From Leptospiraceae bacterium (GTDB taxonomy: Bacteria; Spirochaetota; Leptospiria; Leptospirales; Leptonemataceae), in NCBI GenBank assembly GCA_040217195.1, contig JAVJNR010000004.1, positions 800,001 to 864,000 of the forward strand: a stretch of 64,000 nucleotides of DNA, written 5' to 3'. The position numbers and the translations under genes were made by a program. Of this stretch, positions 18,365-28,569 are shown one piece after another (position 1 is the stretch's first letter; each line of letters starts with the position of its first letter). The notes below the pieces were generated by a model, which was not told where the DNA came from, made no database searches, and saw nothing but the letters and a program-made list of their open reading frames with translations.

Positions 18365-18844
18365 TTATTGATTACGAATTTGCTCTGCGATCTCGTCGAA
18401 GAATACAACTCTCCACTGACCGTCTTCGCCCTTATTCAGTTCTACAGTCTGTGTTTTTCCATCACCAGCAGTCTTGATGCTTACCTTGGCAACGTCTCCT
18501 TCCTCGGAAACCAGTTCCACAGCGGAATCACAGTCTGGTCCGTCTTTGCTGTTGGTGAAAGTAGTTCGCATTTCCGCCTCGAACTGTTCTTTCATCTGAG
18601 GTTTTCTCTGTTCCAGCATTTGCTTCGCAGCAGGATTGTTGGCGAATGCAGGATTTTCCATCATCAGCTCGAACATACGATCAATGAATTTCCCGGTATC
18701 GATATACTTCATACCTTCTTCAGCATTTCCGCTGCATGCAGCCTCTTGTAGAGATTCAACGGCAGCAACGGGCCCGGAAGAGCCAGAGCATGATGCCATA
18801 AATGCGATAAAAAACATCGCAAATACCATAGTGATTTTCTTCAT
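18365..18844 (-). CDS. Lipoprotein with a single NTF2-like (DUF4878-like) domain
   Basis: Lipobox FMASC; AGGAG RBS; homologous to both domains of 17015..18100. Confidence 0.85.
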   Translation of the reverse strand: MKKITMVFAMFFIAFMASCSGSSGPVAAVESLQEAACSGNAEEGMKYIDTGKFIDRMFELMMENPAFANNPAAKQMLEQRKPQMKEQFEAEMRTTFTNSKDGPDCDSAVELVSEEGDVAKVSIKTAGDGKTQTVELNKGEDGQWRVVFFDEIAEQIRNQ

Positions 18845-19039
18845 TTAATTCTCCTTTCAGGGTAATCCTGAAAAATTGCAATTGGCGTAAACGTTGCTCG
18901 ATCGGTGCGAATTAGTCAATAACATTCAAAAAGGAAAGTCAGCAGGTTTTGCCGAATCATGAAAACTATTCGTCTTTGAAGATTTCCTCCATTACTATAA
19001 ACCTGGTTCAACTCAATTCCACGCAAAGATAACGCTCGC

Positions 19040-21208
19040 ATGCAAGATCGCTTCATAGCACCAATCGCTCTCATTTCTGTTCTTTACCTGCTTCTAATTC
19101 CGGCAAAGATAGCAGGCAACCCCCTGGGCCCGATAGAAACGCCCCATGGAGTGGCCTATCTGCACCTGGAAAATGCAGGCAAGGATTCCCGGACTACGGT
19201 AGATCATGGATTTCGAGCCATTCTAGAAATTCAACTGGAGGAAGGCTGGCACACCTACTGGAAGAATCCAGGTGATTCCGGCAGCCCGCTACAGCACTCC
19301 TGGAATTTACCGATGGGATGGAGCCAGCCTTACCTGCTCTGGCCCGGTCCAGAGCGCATCCCCTCGGATCCGTTGATGACCTATGGCTACGAGGGCCGGG
19401 TGCTTATTCCCTTCCTGTTTGATCAAAAGGCAGGCCCCGGTTTCTTCAGTGTCAATATGGAGTGGCTGGAATGTGCTGAAATCTGCATTCCAGCCCGGGT
19501 TCAGTTTAAGGGCAGACTACAACCCACCCTTTCGATTCAGGGAAGCGATATCTGGATGGAGACGATGGAGGGAATTCCTGGACCTTTGCCCTATGATCTT
19601 GAAGTAAAAACCGACGGTACCCTTCTGGAGCTCAGGCCACTGGATCCTGGGGCAACCGATGTGTGGGAAAATGCAGAAAATCTGTACATCTTTTTGGAGG
19701 ATCCGCTGCTGGTGAATCATGCAGGCCAGCAGCAGCTCACTGGAAATCGATTGCTGGTGCCCCTGCAACCTGGTGCCAATCCAGAAAACATTCAGGGGCT
19801 GCTCAGGATAAACGATAGTACCTATTCTTTTGTGGCCACAGTAACCGAAGTGCCCTCAATTGCCGAATCTGATATTGGTACTGACATGCTATTGGAATTA
19901 TTCGTATATTCAAGTCTTGCATTTCTGGGAGGGCTAATCCTGAATCTAATGCCCTGTGTTTTGCCTGTACTTTCCTTAAAAGTATTTCATCTAATGAATC
20001 TTTCAGGCGAGAGTCGCAAGAGACTATTTCTTTACACCGGCACTTATTCGCTTGGAGTTGTGGTCTCCTTCCTTGTTCTATCCGGTATACTGATCGCCTT
20101 ACGGGCCGCCGGGGAACAACTGGGATGGGGCTTCCATCTTCAGTCCAGCGGATTCATAATCTTCATGATCCTGTTTCTATCTCTATTCGCATTCAATCTG
20201 CTGGGTGTGTTCGAGATCGGACTATCTTTGACTTCCGTTGCAGGTCCGGATATGAGTCGCAATCATGGGCATCGAGCACTGGGATCTGCGTTTCTCAGTG
20301 GTGTTCTGGCCACAGTAGTGGCATCTCCCTGCACGGCACCGTTTATGGGCACTGCCATTGGATTCGCACTTTCACAAAGCGCACTTGTAACACTGATTGT
20401 ATTTTTCTTTCTGGGTCTGGGACTGGCCTCTCCTTTTCTACTGGCCGGAGTGTTTCCGGCGGTCCTAAAAATATTTCCCCGTCCCGGTGCCTGGATGGTG
20501 CGATTCAAGCAACTGCTGGCCTTTCCATTACTGGCCACCGTCGCCTGGCTTTTATGGGTCCTGGGTAATCAAACCTCGGTGAATGGTATGACCCTGGCCC
20601 TCTTCTCAGTAATCTTTCTTGGTCTGGCCGCCTATCTTTATGGAAGTTTCCTGCAGCCTTTTTCCGGTAAAGTTTCCAGTTACGTAGCGGCCATATTTAT
20701 GGCCTTCTTTCTGATGGGCGCTGCCGGTTCTGCACTTTTTTCAGCCACCATGGAGTCCAAAACAGCAAGGATACCATCCATAGATACAAGCGCGGAACTT
20801 CCAGAATACACACCAGGCGAATGGCTAACGTTTAGTCCTGCACTGGTGCAACGATTTCGAAAGGCCAACGTTCCTGTTTTTATTGATTTTACTGCTGACT
20901 GGTGTCTGAGCTGCCAGGTAAACAAACGAACCGTACTGCACACAGACGAGATTCAAAGGCTATTCAAAGATACTCAAACCGCAACCATCCAGGCGGATTG
21001 GACCAATGAGGATCCAGTGATTTCCCGGGAACTGGAGAAGCTGGGCAGGAATGGAGTTCCGGTCTATGCGCTCTATATCCCGGGCGAAGAAGAGCCAATA
21101 CTTTTACCGGAAATACTCACTAAAGGAATTATGCAGGATGCATTCGCTCCCCTTCAAGGTGGAGATTCACAAAGGGCTTCGGAGCGAATGGATTCTTCCA
21201 ACAACTAA
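19040..21208 (+). CDS. dsbD: Protein-disulfide reductase, DsbD family
   Basis: GWHTYWKNPGDSG and CAEIC N-domain; LNLMPCVLP and PCTAP TM cysteines; FTADWCLSC thioredoxin domain. Confidence 0.92.
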   Translation: MQDRFIAPIALISVLYLLLIPAKIAGNPLGPIETPHGVAYLHLENAGKDSRTTVDHGFRAILEIQLEEGWHTYWKNPGDSGSPLQHSWNLPMGWSQPYLLWPGPERIPSDPLMTYGYEGRVLIPFLFDQKAGPGFFSVNMEWLECAEICIPARVQFKGRLQPTLSIQGSDIWMETMEGIPGPLPYDLEVKTDGTLLELRPLDPGATDVWENAENLYIFLEDPLLVNHAGQQQLTGNRLLVPLQPGANPENIQGLLRINDSTYSFVATVTEVPSIAESDIGTDMLLELFVYSSLAFLGGLILNLMPCVLPVLSLKVFHLMNLSGESRKRLFLYTGTYSLGVVVSFLVLSGILIALRAAGEQLGWGFHLQSSGFIIFMILFLSLFAFNLLGVFEIGLSLTSVAGPDMSRNHGHRALGSAFLSGVLATVVASPCTAPFMGTAIGFALSQSALVTLIVFFFLGLGLASPFLLAGVFPAVLKIFPRPGAWMVRFKQLLAFPLLATVAWLLWVLGNQTSVNGMTLALFSVIFLGLAAYLYGSFLQPFSGKVSSYVAAIFMAFFLMGAAGSALFSATMESKTARIPSIDTSAELPEYTPGEWLTFSPALVQRFRKANVPVFIDFTADWCLSCQVNKRTVLHTDEIQRLFKDTQTATIQADWTNEDPVISRELEKLGRNGVPVYALYIPGEEEPILLPEILTKGIMQDAFAPLQGGDSQRASERMDSSNN

Positions 21209-21223
21209 TCAGGAGAATTGTAC

Positions 21224-21832
21224 ATGGCATTTAGAACCTTAACACTGGCGCTGGTATTTCTTGCTTACTGCGGATCTGACTCCGGTATGCAAGAAGCTGT
21301 TCCTGGAAGCCAGGCGCCCTCTTTCACACTGGCAGACTTTCAGGGCAAGGAGCATAGACTGAGTGATTATTCCGGAAAATATGTGGTGCTGGAATGGGTT
21401 AATTTTGATTGCCCTTACGTCAGAAAGCACTATGAGTCCGGCAACATGCAATCTTTACAGAAGCAATACACGAAGAATGGGGTTATTTGGCTGGCTATAA
21501 ACTCCAGCGCCACCGGAAAGCAAGGTAACTTTAGCACCCAGGAGATACAAAGCCGCATCGAAGAATATGATGCTTCCTTTGATTCGTATCTGCTGGATGA
21601 AGATGGGCAGGTAGGCCGTCAGTACGGAGCAAGAACCACTCCGCATATGTACATCATTGATCCAGAAGGCACTTTGATTTACGCAGGTGCAATCGATGAT
21701 AGACCGACTGCGAATCTTAAAGATATTGAAGGGGCCACTAACTATGTAAGTCAGTCCCTGGATGCAGCCATGAATGGTCAGCCGGTTCCAGTTAGTCGCA
21801 CTCGAGCCTATGGCTGCTCCGTAAAATATTGA
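21224..21832 (+). CDS. Exported thioredoxin-fold redoxin (AhpC/TSA-like), probable lipoprotein
   Basis: LAYC lipobox; LEWVNFDCPYV, RTTPHMYIID, YAGAIDD, YGCSVKY; AGGAG RBS before ATG 21224. Confidence 0.88.
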   Translation: MAFRTLTLALVFLAYCGSDSGMQEAVPGSQAPSFTLADFQGKEHRLSDYSGKYVVLEWVNFDCPYVRKHYESGNMQSLQKQYTKNGVIWLAINSSATGKQGNFSTQEIQSRIEEYDASFDSYLLDEDGQVGRQYGARTTPHMYIIDPEGTLIYAGAIDDRPTANLKDIEGATNYVSQSLDAAMNGQPVPVSRTRAYGCSVKY

Positions 21833-22022
21833 AACCTCTGTGGGGCCCGTTAAAACCGGAATTAGATTCGGTGCCCGGCCCTGCTATTCCAGAGCGCTAC
21901 TGCGAAGCTCATTTTTCTCCCTTGAGTTGCCAGGTGGCAGAATCAATGAAGCTAAACGGGATCAGAGACTCAACCAGGCATGTCTACCCGAAGAATAGGA
22001 TTTCCTTGCCGTTGAAACAAAT

Positions 22023-22748
22023 ATGACATTTTCTGTCGGCATGGATGCGGTGGACGGACAGAAGAGTTATTTCCCTGTTTTTCTGGATCTGCAGAATTCC
22101 CGCGTAGCCTGTCTGGGAGAAGGGCCGGAAATCGAAAACAGGATCCAGAGACTGCTGGGCTGCGGTGCCACGGTTTTTCATGCCACGCTATCACAGGATG
22201 GCTCCACCAGAATGGAAAGGCATGATCCCGGACCTCCTCCGGAAGCATCCGGTCAGAATCCGGATTTTCGCAATCTATACTGGATTCGCGAGATGCGTCT
22301 GGTTGTCGTGGAACCTGGATACCTGGTGAATCAGCAACACTGGAGCGGCGATGAGCTACTGGAAGCCTGTAATCGAAATAATACACTTCTTTGCGTTCTG
22401 GATCGAAAGAAATACTGCAACTATATCTCACCCGCTGTATTATCCAGGCCACCCTTTCAAGTTGCCATCACTTCTTCCGGTGTAAGTCCATCCCTGTCTG
22501 TCTACATGAAGGAGAGAATCAAAGAAGACTTATTAACGGAGGAAATGGCACAGCTGGCCTATTTCTTTAAAAAATACAGGCCTCTGGTGAGCGAGCAAAT
22601 CCATGCTCTGGTGGATCGTCGAAAATTCTATATATCGCTACTACAGAGTGACCTTGCTTCGCACCTGGCAGAGTCAGAAGAACGTGGACTGGAGCGAATG
22701 AAGGCTCTTCTACAAGATTATGTGGCCACCAATGCGCGTAAATCCTGA
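22023..22748 (+). CDS. Precorrin-2 dehydrogenase/sirohydrochlorin ferrochelatase-like (SirC/CysG-N)
   Basis: YFPVFLDL start; D...CNYISPAVL..PPFQVAITSSGVSPSLS motif; NAD-binding glycine loop is degenerate. Confidence 0.75.
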   Translation: MTFSVGMDAVDGQKSYFPVFLDLQNSRVACLGEGPEIENRIQRLLGCGATVFHATLSQDGSTRMERHDPGPPPEASGQNPDFRNLYWIREMRLVVVEPGYLVNQQHWSGDELLEACNRNNTLLCVLDRKKYCNYISPAVLSRPPFQVAITSSGVSPSLSVYMKERIKEDLLTEEMAQLAYFFKKYRPLVSEQIHALVDRRKFYISLLQSDLASHLAESEERGLERMKALLQDYVATNARKS

Positions 22749-22753
22749 GTCTG

Positions 22754-23926
22754 TCAGACTAGCCAACCTTTCATTTCCAGTATCCGATGAATGCCGGTAC
22801 CGGCCACAGCCCAGAAAAGCAAGATAGCCCAGGCAGGGAATCTCTGTCTTTGAAGTATCCGACTATTCAAGTAGAAGCCACAAATAAGAAGCAAGAAGAA
22901 GGATAGTCGAAATATCCAGTCCATGGGACCAAAGCTTTTTAAAAAAAGAACGGAAAGCCCCAGCAGCGCTACAAATTGCAAGAAGGCCAGCCACGCTGTC
23001 GATGGATTCAGCGCAAGACGGTACTCATCTCTGCGAATCTGTTCCATTCGCATTGTGGAATCTACCGGGTAGCTGGAAGGCTTCTTCCAGAGATGAGAAA
23101 AGCTGGTCCGACCCAGCCCGGCTTCAAGATCTGCACGAATATTTTTGTAGATATCCACAAATACATGCACATTGGCAAACAATGGATTGTAGGACTTGAG
23201 CCGCTTCACAGTTCCGAATACCGGCTCTTCGGTTTCCATTCGAAACGTACCGAATAGTCGATCCCAGAGAATAAACATGCCTCCATAGTTCTTATCGATG
23301 TAAGGATCATTCACAGCATGGTGCACTCGATGGTGCGAAGGGGTTACAAACACGAAGGAAAATGCGCCCGGGATTGCATTTTCAGGAATGAATTTTGTAT
23401 GCACCCAGAATTGGTACAACCGATTGAGCGCATCCACAGTAAGAAAGATCATCCATGGAAGGCCCAGAACGGCCAGTGGCAAATAGAAAATACAAGTTAT
23501 GGCATTTCGCAGTGCCGATTGGCGCAATGCAACGCTTAGATTGTATTCTTCGCTGGAGTGATGAACTACATGCGAAGCCCAGAGTATGTTCACTTCATGG
23601 GAAATCCTGTGAGACCAGTAAAATAGAAAATCCAGCAAAACAAAGGCCAGCATCCAAAACAGCGCACTTCTGATTCCCGGATAGGGAGCCGAAAAATCCA
23701 GAAAGTAACCATCCAGACGAACCAGGGAGAACTGCTGCACCGAAGCGTAGAGTGCATAGATGCCCAGTAATACGAATGCATCGGAAAGACGGCTCATCAT
23801 ACCCAGGCTCATATCTGTGATGCTATCTGAAAGGAAGTAGAAGGACTTTCGCTGCACTCTGGAATACAGCAGCTCAATGCCTATAAGTAGCACAAAGACA
23901 GGAATCAGGGCCTCTATGATTTGCAT
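22754..23926 (-). CDS. Sterol desaturase family, alkylglycerol-monooxygenase-like (paralog 1)
   Basis: His boxes YWSHRISH, HVVHHSSEEYNLSVALRQ, QFWVHT, PSHHRVHH; NYGG. Confidence 0.9.
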   Translation of the reverse strand: MQIIEALIPVFVLLIGIELLYSRVQRKSFYFLSDSITDMSLGMMSRLSDAFVLLGIYALYASVQQFSLVRLDGYFLDFSAPYPGIRSALFWMLAFVLLDFLFYWSHRISHEVNILWASHVVHHSSEEYNLSVALRQSALRNAITCIFYLPLAVLGLPWMIFLTVDALNRLYQFWVHTKFIPENAIPGAFSFVFVTPSHHRVHHAVNDPYIDKNYGGMFILWDRLFGTFRMETEEPVFGTVKRLKSYNPLFANVHVFVDIYKNIRADLEAGLGRTSFSHLWKKPSSYPVDSTMRMEQIRRDEYRLALNPSTAWLAFLQFVALLGLSVLFLKSFGPMDWIFRLSFFLLLICGFYLNSRILQRQRFPAWAILLFWAVAGTGIHRILEMKGWLV

Positions 23927-23965
23927 GCAATAATTGCTGCCCGGTGGAAAACAGAATGCAAGCCA

Positions 23966-23983
23966 AAAACTGACACTCCGTCA
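23966..23983. promoter_or_regulatory. Putative operator upstream of AGMO-like paralog 1
   Basis: AAAACTGACAC-T-CCGTCA, 45 nt upstream of the ATG; near-identical to 55556..55573. Confidence 0.55.
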
Positions 23984-24057
23984 CAAAATATCCGATAGCC
24001 GTAATAATTCTAATAGTTCGAGGTAAATGGATTCGGATTTTCGGCGTCTCCGCGCGG

Positions 24058-26361
24058 CTACTCTAAACGCGATCTGGAGCGCGGAAGGATTCGATCCCGA
24101 AAGGCCTGACCGGCCAGCGGAAATTCGACGATGGGTCCCCAGAAAAGAAATCCACTGGAACCTCCATCCAGACTGCCCTGCATTTGCTGGACCATATAAT
24201 CCGGACCGTAACCCCAGATATGATTCATCATTGGAAAAGCCTGCAGCCAGGGGCGAACGGAGTACAGCCCCCGGGAGAGGCGAATGGGTCTTTCCGTTCC
24301 CAGCTCCAGTAGCCGGTGAACCCTTTTCGCCCTGGGATACTGGTTGAGATAGTGAGTTCCAAAGTGCGATGAATAATGCATGGGCGAAACAAAGTCCACA
24401 GAAGACCCCATTTCCAGAACGTCCTGCCCGATGACCGCCCCTGCCCGGTAAATACCATTGTAGCCAAAGATGTCTATGCTAATGGGCGCATCGAGAGTAA
24501 ATCTGGCGCGTCTAAGAAAGGATTCAATAGCCTCTGTGCGATAGGCACCTGCTGGCGCATGCGAAAACAAACATTGATAGATTGGCCCGTCTGAAGGAAA
24601 TCGAATGTAATCAAATTGAATTTCGTCGAAGCCCAGCTCCAGGACTTCCCGGGCAACATCCAGATTATAGGATTGCACCTCTTCGGAAAATGGATCTACC
24701 CATTGCTCATCTCCCTCCACTTCCCAGGGGCCGCCTGAATATCGGTTCTTAATGGCATTACGGTGTCCCTTATACCGGTACATCCGCAGATCCTTGAAAA
24801 CTACCTGCCGGGCAATTGTATAGATGCCCATTTGCTTCAACTTATTGACCAGGCTGCGAACCGGAGCAATTTCCCTTACATTGTTCATTTCCCTGGCCAT
24901 GGGAAGATTGCTACCATACAGTAATCGACCGAAGTCATCTTTCACATCGATAACCACTGCATTGAAGCCATACCGCTCGATTAGACCAAATACGATGGAT
25001 TGTTTCAGCCGGGCCGATGTTGGAGAAATATAGAAGGCACTTAGTAGATCCGGTCTTTCTACTTCGGTTTTCGGAGCAGGCCGATGAGAAACCACCGGTC
25101 CTTGATGCACAAGATAGGGGCCCAGCAAGAATGCCTGGAATACTCCCGGCAACGAGGGCTCCTTTTCAGACCTGGATTCGAATGTATTGGAGTTGTCCGA
25201 ATTTTGCTGCGAATTTACGGATTTCTGCTTTGAATTATGAGAGTCCCTACCGGGCAAATCTGGATTGACCAAACGAGATAACTTCCCTGTGCTCAGGTCA
25301 AAGAAATGAATCCCTTCGGTGCTGGAGTAGATACAACCACCGGAGTTGCAGTCCAGAGATTCACCAGTTGCATCGGTGGCTGCATCTAAAACAGGTCGAA
25401 ATACAAAGCCCGACGAACCTTCCCTGGTCGATGCTACGGCCACCCCTGGATCAAATAGTGTAGCTGCCACCAGCCGTTCACTTTCAGGTAACCAGCGAAT
25501 GTCCAGGATATGCTCATAGAAGGTAATTCCAGGTTCATGTAGCAATCCTGGAAGGCCGGAATTAAAGTCCCGGATCCGTACTGAAGCATTGGACCGGAGA
25601 TTTCCTCTTACAGTAAGACGCTTCACTCCATTGTAAGCAGTGCCCAGAAAAATTTCCTCAATTTGCCCCTGGCCATCCACACTGGCTGCAATGGATGCAA
25701 ATATATTTCTGGATTTCAGACTGGAGAGTCCGCGGAAATCAACGGCATTAAAGTTCCGGCCTCCGTCCGTAGAAAGGAGGATGTCCTGAATATTCACAGC
25801 AAGGATTAGATTTGAGTTCGAAGGATGCTGCCAGATACCAACGATATCTCGGTATAGAACTGGATCGCAGCTAGCTTCCTTCTTACCTACGTAACGTCGA
25901 GGCTGACTGTCCGGGCGATAGAAAGTCTGACCCCTATCGTCTGAAATTAAAAGTCCTGCGTTGCGAAAAGAAACAAATAGTCTGCGAAACGCCCGCTCGC
26001 CGCTCGAAGACTCATCGGATTCCGGGGCACCAGATTGGTCCTTTGTGGAATGCCAGCGAACGAAGATCGGATAGCTTCTGCGAGACCAGTAATCTCTAGA
26101 TGGATACCCTTCACAGTTTTCCGGGGACTGCTCCAGCCAGGCACGATACGGCTCAATTTCGGATCTGGAATCACCCAGAAGGCCACTACTAACTCGATGA
26201 AGAACTGCGGCAGGAGAGGCCTCCGTCCATTGTAGCACGGTTTGCGAATCTAAGGAATCAAGTCGTTTCGCATTCAGCTCCGAAACATCTGAAGTGCGTA
26301 TGGCTCCGGTGCTGCATTGGGCCAGCAGGGGCAATATCCAGAGGAAACGTAATGCTTTCAT
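24058..26361 (-). CDS. Lipoprotein: Asp-box propeller region plus putative glycoside hydrolase (DUF4015-like) TIM barrel
   Basis: Likely start MKALRF with lipobox LLAQC; Asp-boxes SDDRGQTF and STDGGRNF; NAVVIDVKDDFG, IARQVVFKD, GFDEIQFDYIRFP. Confidence 0.8.
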   Translation of the reverse strand: MKALRFLWILPLLAQCSTGAIRTSDVSELNAKRLDSLDSQTVLQWTEASPAAVLHRVSSGLLGDSRSEIEPYRAWLEQSPENCEGYPSRDYWSRRSYPIFVRWHSTKDQSGAPESDESSSGERAFRRLFVSFRNAGLLISDDRGQTFYRPDSQPRRYVGKKEASCDPVLYRDIVGIWQHPSNSNLILAVNIQDILLSTDGGRNFNAVDFRGLSSLKSRNIFASIAASVDGQGQIEEIFLGTAYNGVKRLTVRGNLRSNASVRIRDFNSGLPGLLHEPGITFYEHILDIRWLPESERLVAATLFDPGVAVASTREGSSGFVFRPVLDAATDATGESLDCNSGGCIYSSTEGIHFFDLSTGKLSRLVNPDLPGRDSHNSKQKSVNSQQNSDNSNTFESRSEKEPSLPGVFQAFLLGPYLVHQGPVVSHRPAPKTEVERPDLLSAFYISPTSARLKQSIVFGLIERYGFNAVVIDVKDDFGRLLYGSNLPMAREMNNVREIAPVRSLVNKLKQMGIYTIARQVVFKDLRMYRYKGHRNAIKNRYSGGPWEVEGDEQWVDPFSEEVQSYNLDVAREVLELGFDEIQFDYIRFPSDGPIYQCLFSHAPAGAYRTEAIESFLRRARFTLDAPISIDIFGYNGIYRAGAVIGQDVLEMGSSVDFVSPMHYSSHFGTHYLNQYPRAKRVHRLLELGTERPIRLSRGLYSVRPWLQAFPMMNHIWGYGPDYMVQQMQGSLDGGSSGFLFWGPIVEFPLAGQAFRDRILPRSRSRLE

Positions 26362-26414
26362 TAGCCAGGGCGGGCTCCGTCTTCGACAGCTTTGCACTGC
26401 CGAAGACATGATCC

Positions 26415-28130
26415 TTATTTTTGCAGTATGGTTTCCCGGGCGTGGCCGCTCATATCTTTGAACTGTTCGAAGGTGTAAATCTGGTACTCATATCCCTGCT
26501 CTGTGAGGAATAGCTGTCGGTTCTGACCAAACCTTTCTTCGGTAGTGTCTCGGCTGACCACAGAATAGAAAAAAGCCATATTCTGGTCTTCTTTTGGACG
26601 AAGCACCCGACCCAGTCGTTGCGCCTCTTCCTGCCTGGAACCGAATGTACCACTTACCTGAATAGCAACACTTGCATCTGGAAGGTCAATGGAGAAGTTC
26701 GCAACTCGCGATACAATCAGACAGGTAATCTCTCCTTTACGAAAGGCAGAATACAGCCTTTCCCTTTCCAGCAAAGGAGTCTTACCTGTAATAATAGGGA
26801 AATCAAAATGCTTGGATATTTCTTCCAGCTGATTCAGATACTGGCCAATAATCAAAACATTGTTACGACCATGCTCTTCCAGAACTCGTTCGATAACATC
26901 CAGTTTGCCCGGGTTTTCGGAGGCCAGCCTGTATTTCTCTCGATCATCGGAAAGTGAGTACTTCATTCGAAGTTCTTCATCCATATCTACGCGAATCTCA
27001 ATGCATTTTGCATTTGCAATCCAGGACTGCTTTTCTAGCTCTTTCCAGGGTACATCGTATTTCTTGGGCCCAATGAGAGAGAACACATCTTCTTCCAGAC
27101 CGTCTTCGCGCACCAGAGTTGCGGTCAGTCCCAGCCTTCGCTTGGCCTGTAGTTCGGAGGTCATACGGAATACCGGAGCGGGAAGCAGGTGCACCTCATC
27201 GTATACAATAAGCCCCCAGTTATTGGCACTAAATAGATTGAAGTGAGTAAACTCACCGCCTTTCTTTTTTCTATGAGTAATGATGTTATACGTTGCAATG
27301 GTAATTGGTTTAATTTCTTTCTTTTCGCCGCTATATTCGCCTATGTCTTCTTCTGGAATTGTAGTCTTGTCCAGAATCTCATTTTTCCACTGACGGATGG
27401 ATAGAGTGTTGGTCACAAGAATCAATGTTTGTGCACCAACAATTTGCATGACCCCGATACCAACGATGGTCTTACCGGCACCGCAAGGAAGAACGATTAC
27501 ACCGGAGCCACCTTCTCGAGAACCACCGGCATGAAAGACTTCCACGGACTGTCGCTGATAGTCCCGCATGATAAATTCGCGTCCGGACAGTGTTGTGGGA
27601 CGCAGATTAAAGCTATAGGCTACACCTTCATCGTAACCCGCCAAATCCTGCACAGGATATCCGATTCGAATCAAAGCTTGTTTGATATGCCCTCGGTAAT
27701 CCTTGTTTACCAGAATACGACCATCTTCAACCTCTTCGATGTATGGCTGTACATTTCTGTGATGAGCGATTTCGTTCAGGAATGGTTTCTCATCTGATGC
27801 GATATACAGAGAACCATCGTCCTCACGAACAAGTCTAACCTTGCCATATCGCGAAATCTGCTCTCTGATTTCATTTTCAATGTTTTTGGGGACTGGATAT
27901 TTTGAGTAATTACTCAGCGCCGTGATGATTTCCTCTGCGGACATCTTACTGGAAGCAGCATTCCATAAAGACAGAGGAGTAATGCGATAGGTGTGTATGT
28001 GCTCGGGGCTCTTTTCTAGCTCCGCAAAGCGGCTGACCTGGCTACGGCACTCTTCAAACTTCTCATTGTCTACCTGGAGAAGCATTGTGCGATCTGATTG
28101 TACGATTAATGGATTGGATATATCCGGCAT
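26415..28130 (-). CDS. XPB/Rad25 (ERCC3)-like SF2 DNA repair helicase
   Basis: PLIVQSDRT...ELEKSPEHIHTYRITPLSLWNA N-domain; LPCGAGKT, DEVH, LTATLVREDG, QRLGRVLR; start likely ATG 28130. Confidence 0.95.
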   Translation of the reverse strand: MPDISNPLIVQSDRTMLLQVDNEKFEECRSQVSRFAELEKSPEHIHTYRITPLSLWNAASSKMSAEEIITALSNYSKYPVPKNIENEIREQISRYGKVRLVREDDGSLYIASDEKPFLNEIAHHRNVQPYIEEVEDGRILVNKDYRGHIKQALIRIGYPVQDLAGYDEGVAYSFNLRPTTLSGREFIMRDYQRQSVEVFHAGGSREGGSGVIVLPCGAGKTIVGIGVMQIVGAQTLILVTNTLSIRQWKNEILDKTTIPEEDIGEYSGEKKEIKPITIATYNIITHRKKKGGEFTHFNLFSANNWGLIVYDEVHLLPAPVFRMTSELQAKRRLGLTATLVREDGLEEDVFSLIGPKKYDVPWKELEKQSWIANAKCIEIRVDMDEELRMKYSLSDDREKYRLASENPGKLDVIERVLEEHGRNNVLIIGQYLNQLEEISKHFDFPIITGKTPLLERERLYSAFRKGEITCLIVSRVANFSIDLPDASVAIQVSGTFGSRQEEAQRLGRVLRPKEDQNMAFFYSVVSRDTTEERFGQNRQLFLTEQGYEYQIYTFEQFKDMSGHARETILQK

Positions 28131-28569
28131 AGAGGACCTCAAACCCTAAGGCGCAAGGACACCCCTGATGTCAAGGGTTTCCGGTCAGTGTGCCGTCGTT
28201 TTCCCGAATCAGGCCATCCGGATCGGATATTCTATGCACACCAGAAGTTGCAGCCCGCCATTACTATGGAGGCCTTTTACGCAACTGCGCCTTATTCCTA
28301 AATGTAATGCTACAACTGGAACTCTGCATCCACAGATTTGCTTCCAGAAGAAAAAAACCATGTCCAGGAATATAGAAAAAGAGTCGACGTTTAGCGTGCG
28401 ATTCATTAGTGGTGCAGCGGCAAAAGGGACCGGATTTGAACCACTTCTGAACTCGGCCCCGTATTGGAAAAATATTCCCTTCCTGGAATACCTATTCCAG
28501 ACTGATACTGCTAATCCCTGGAATGCAACTTGAAATTTCGCGGCATCTATTCCATATTGCACGTGCCCC

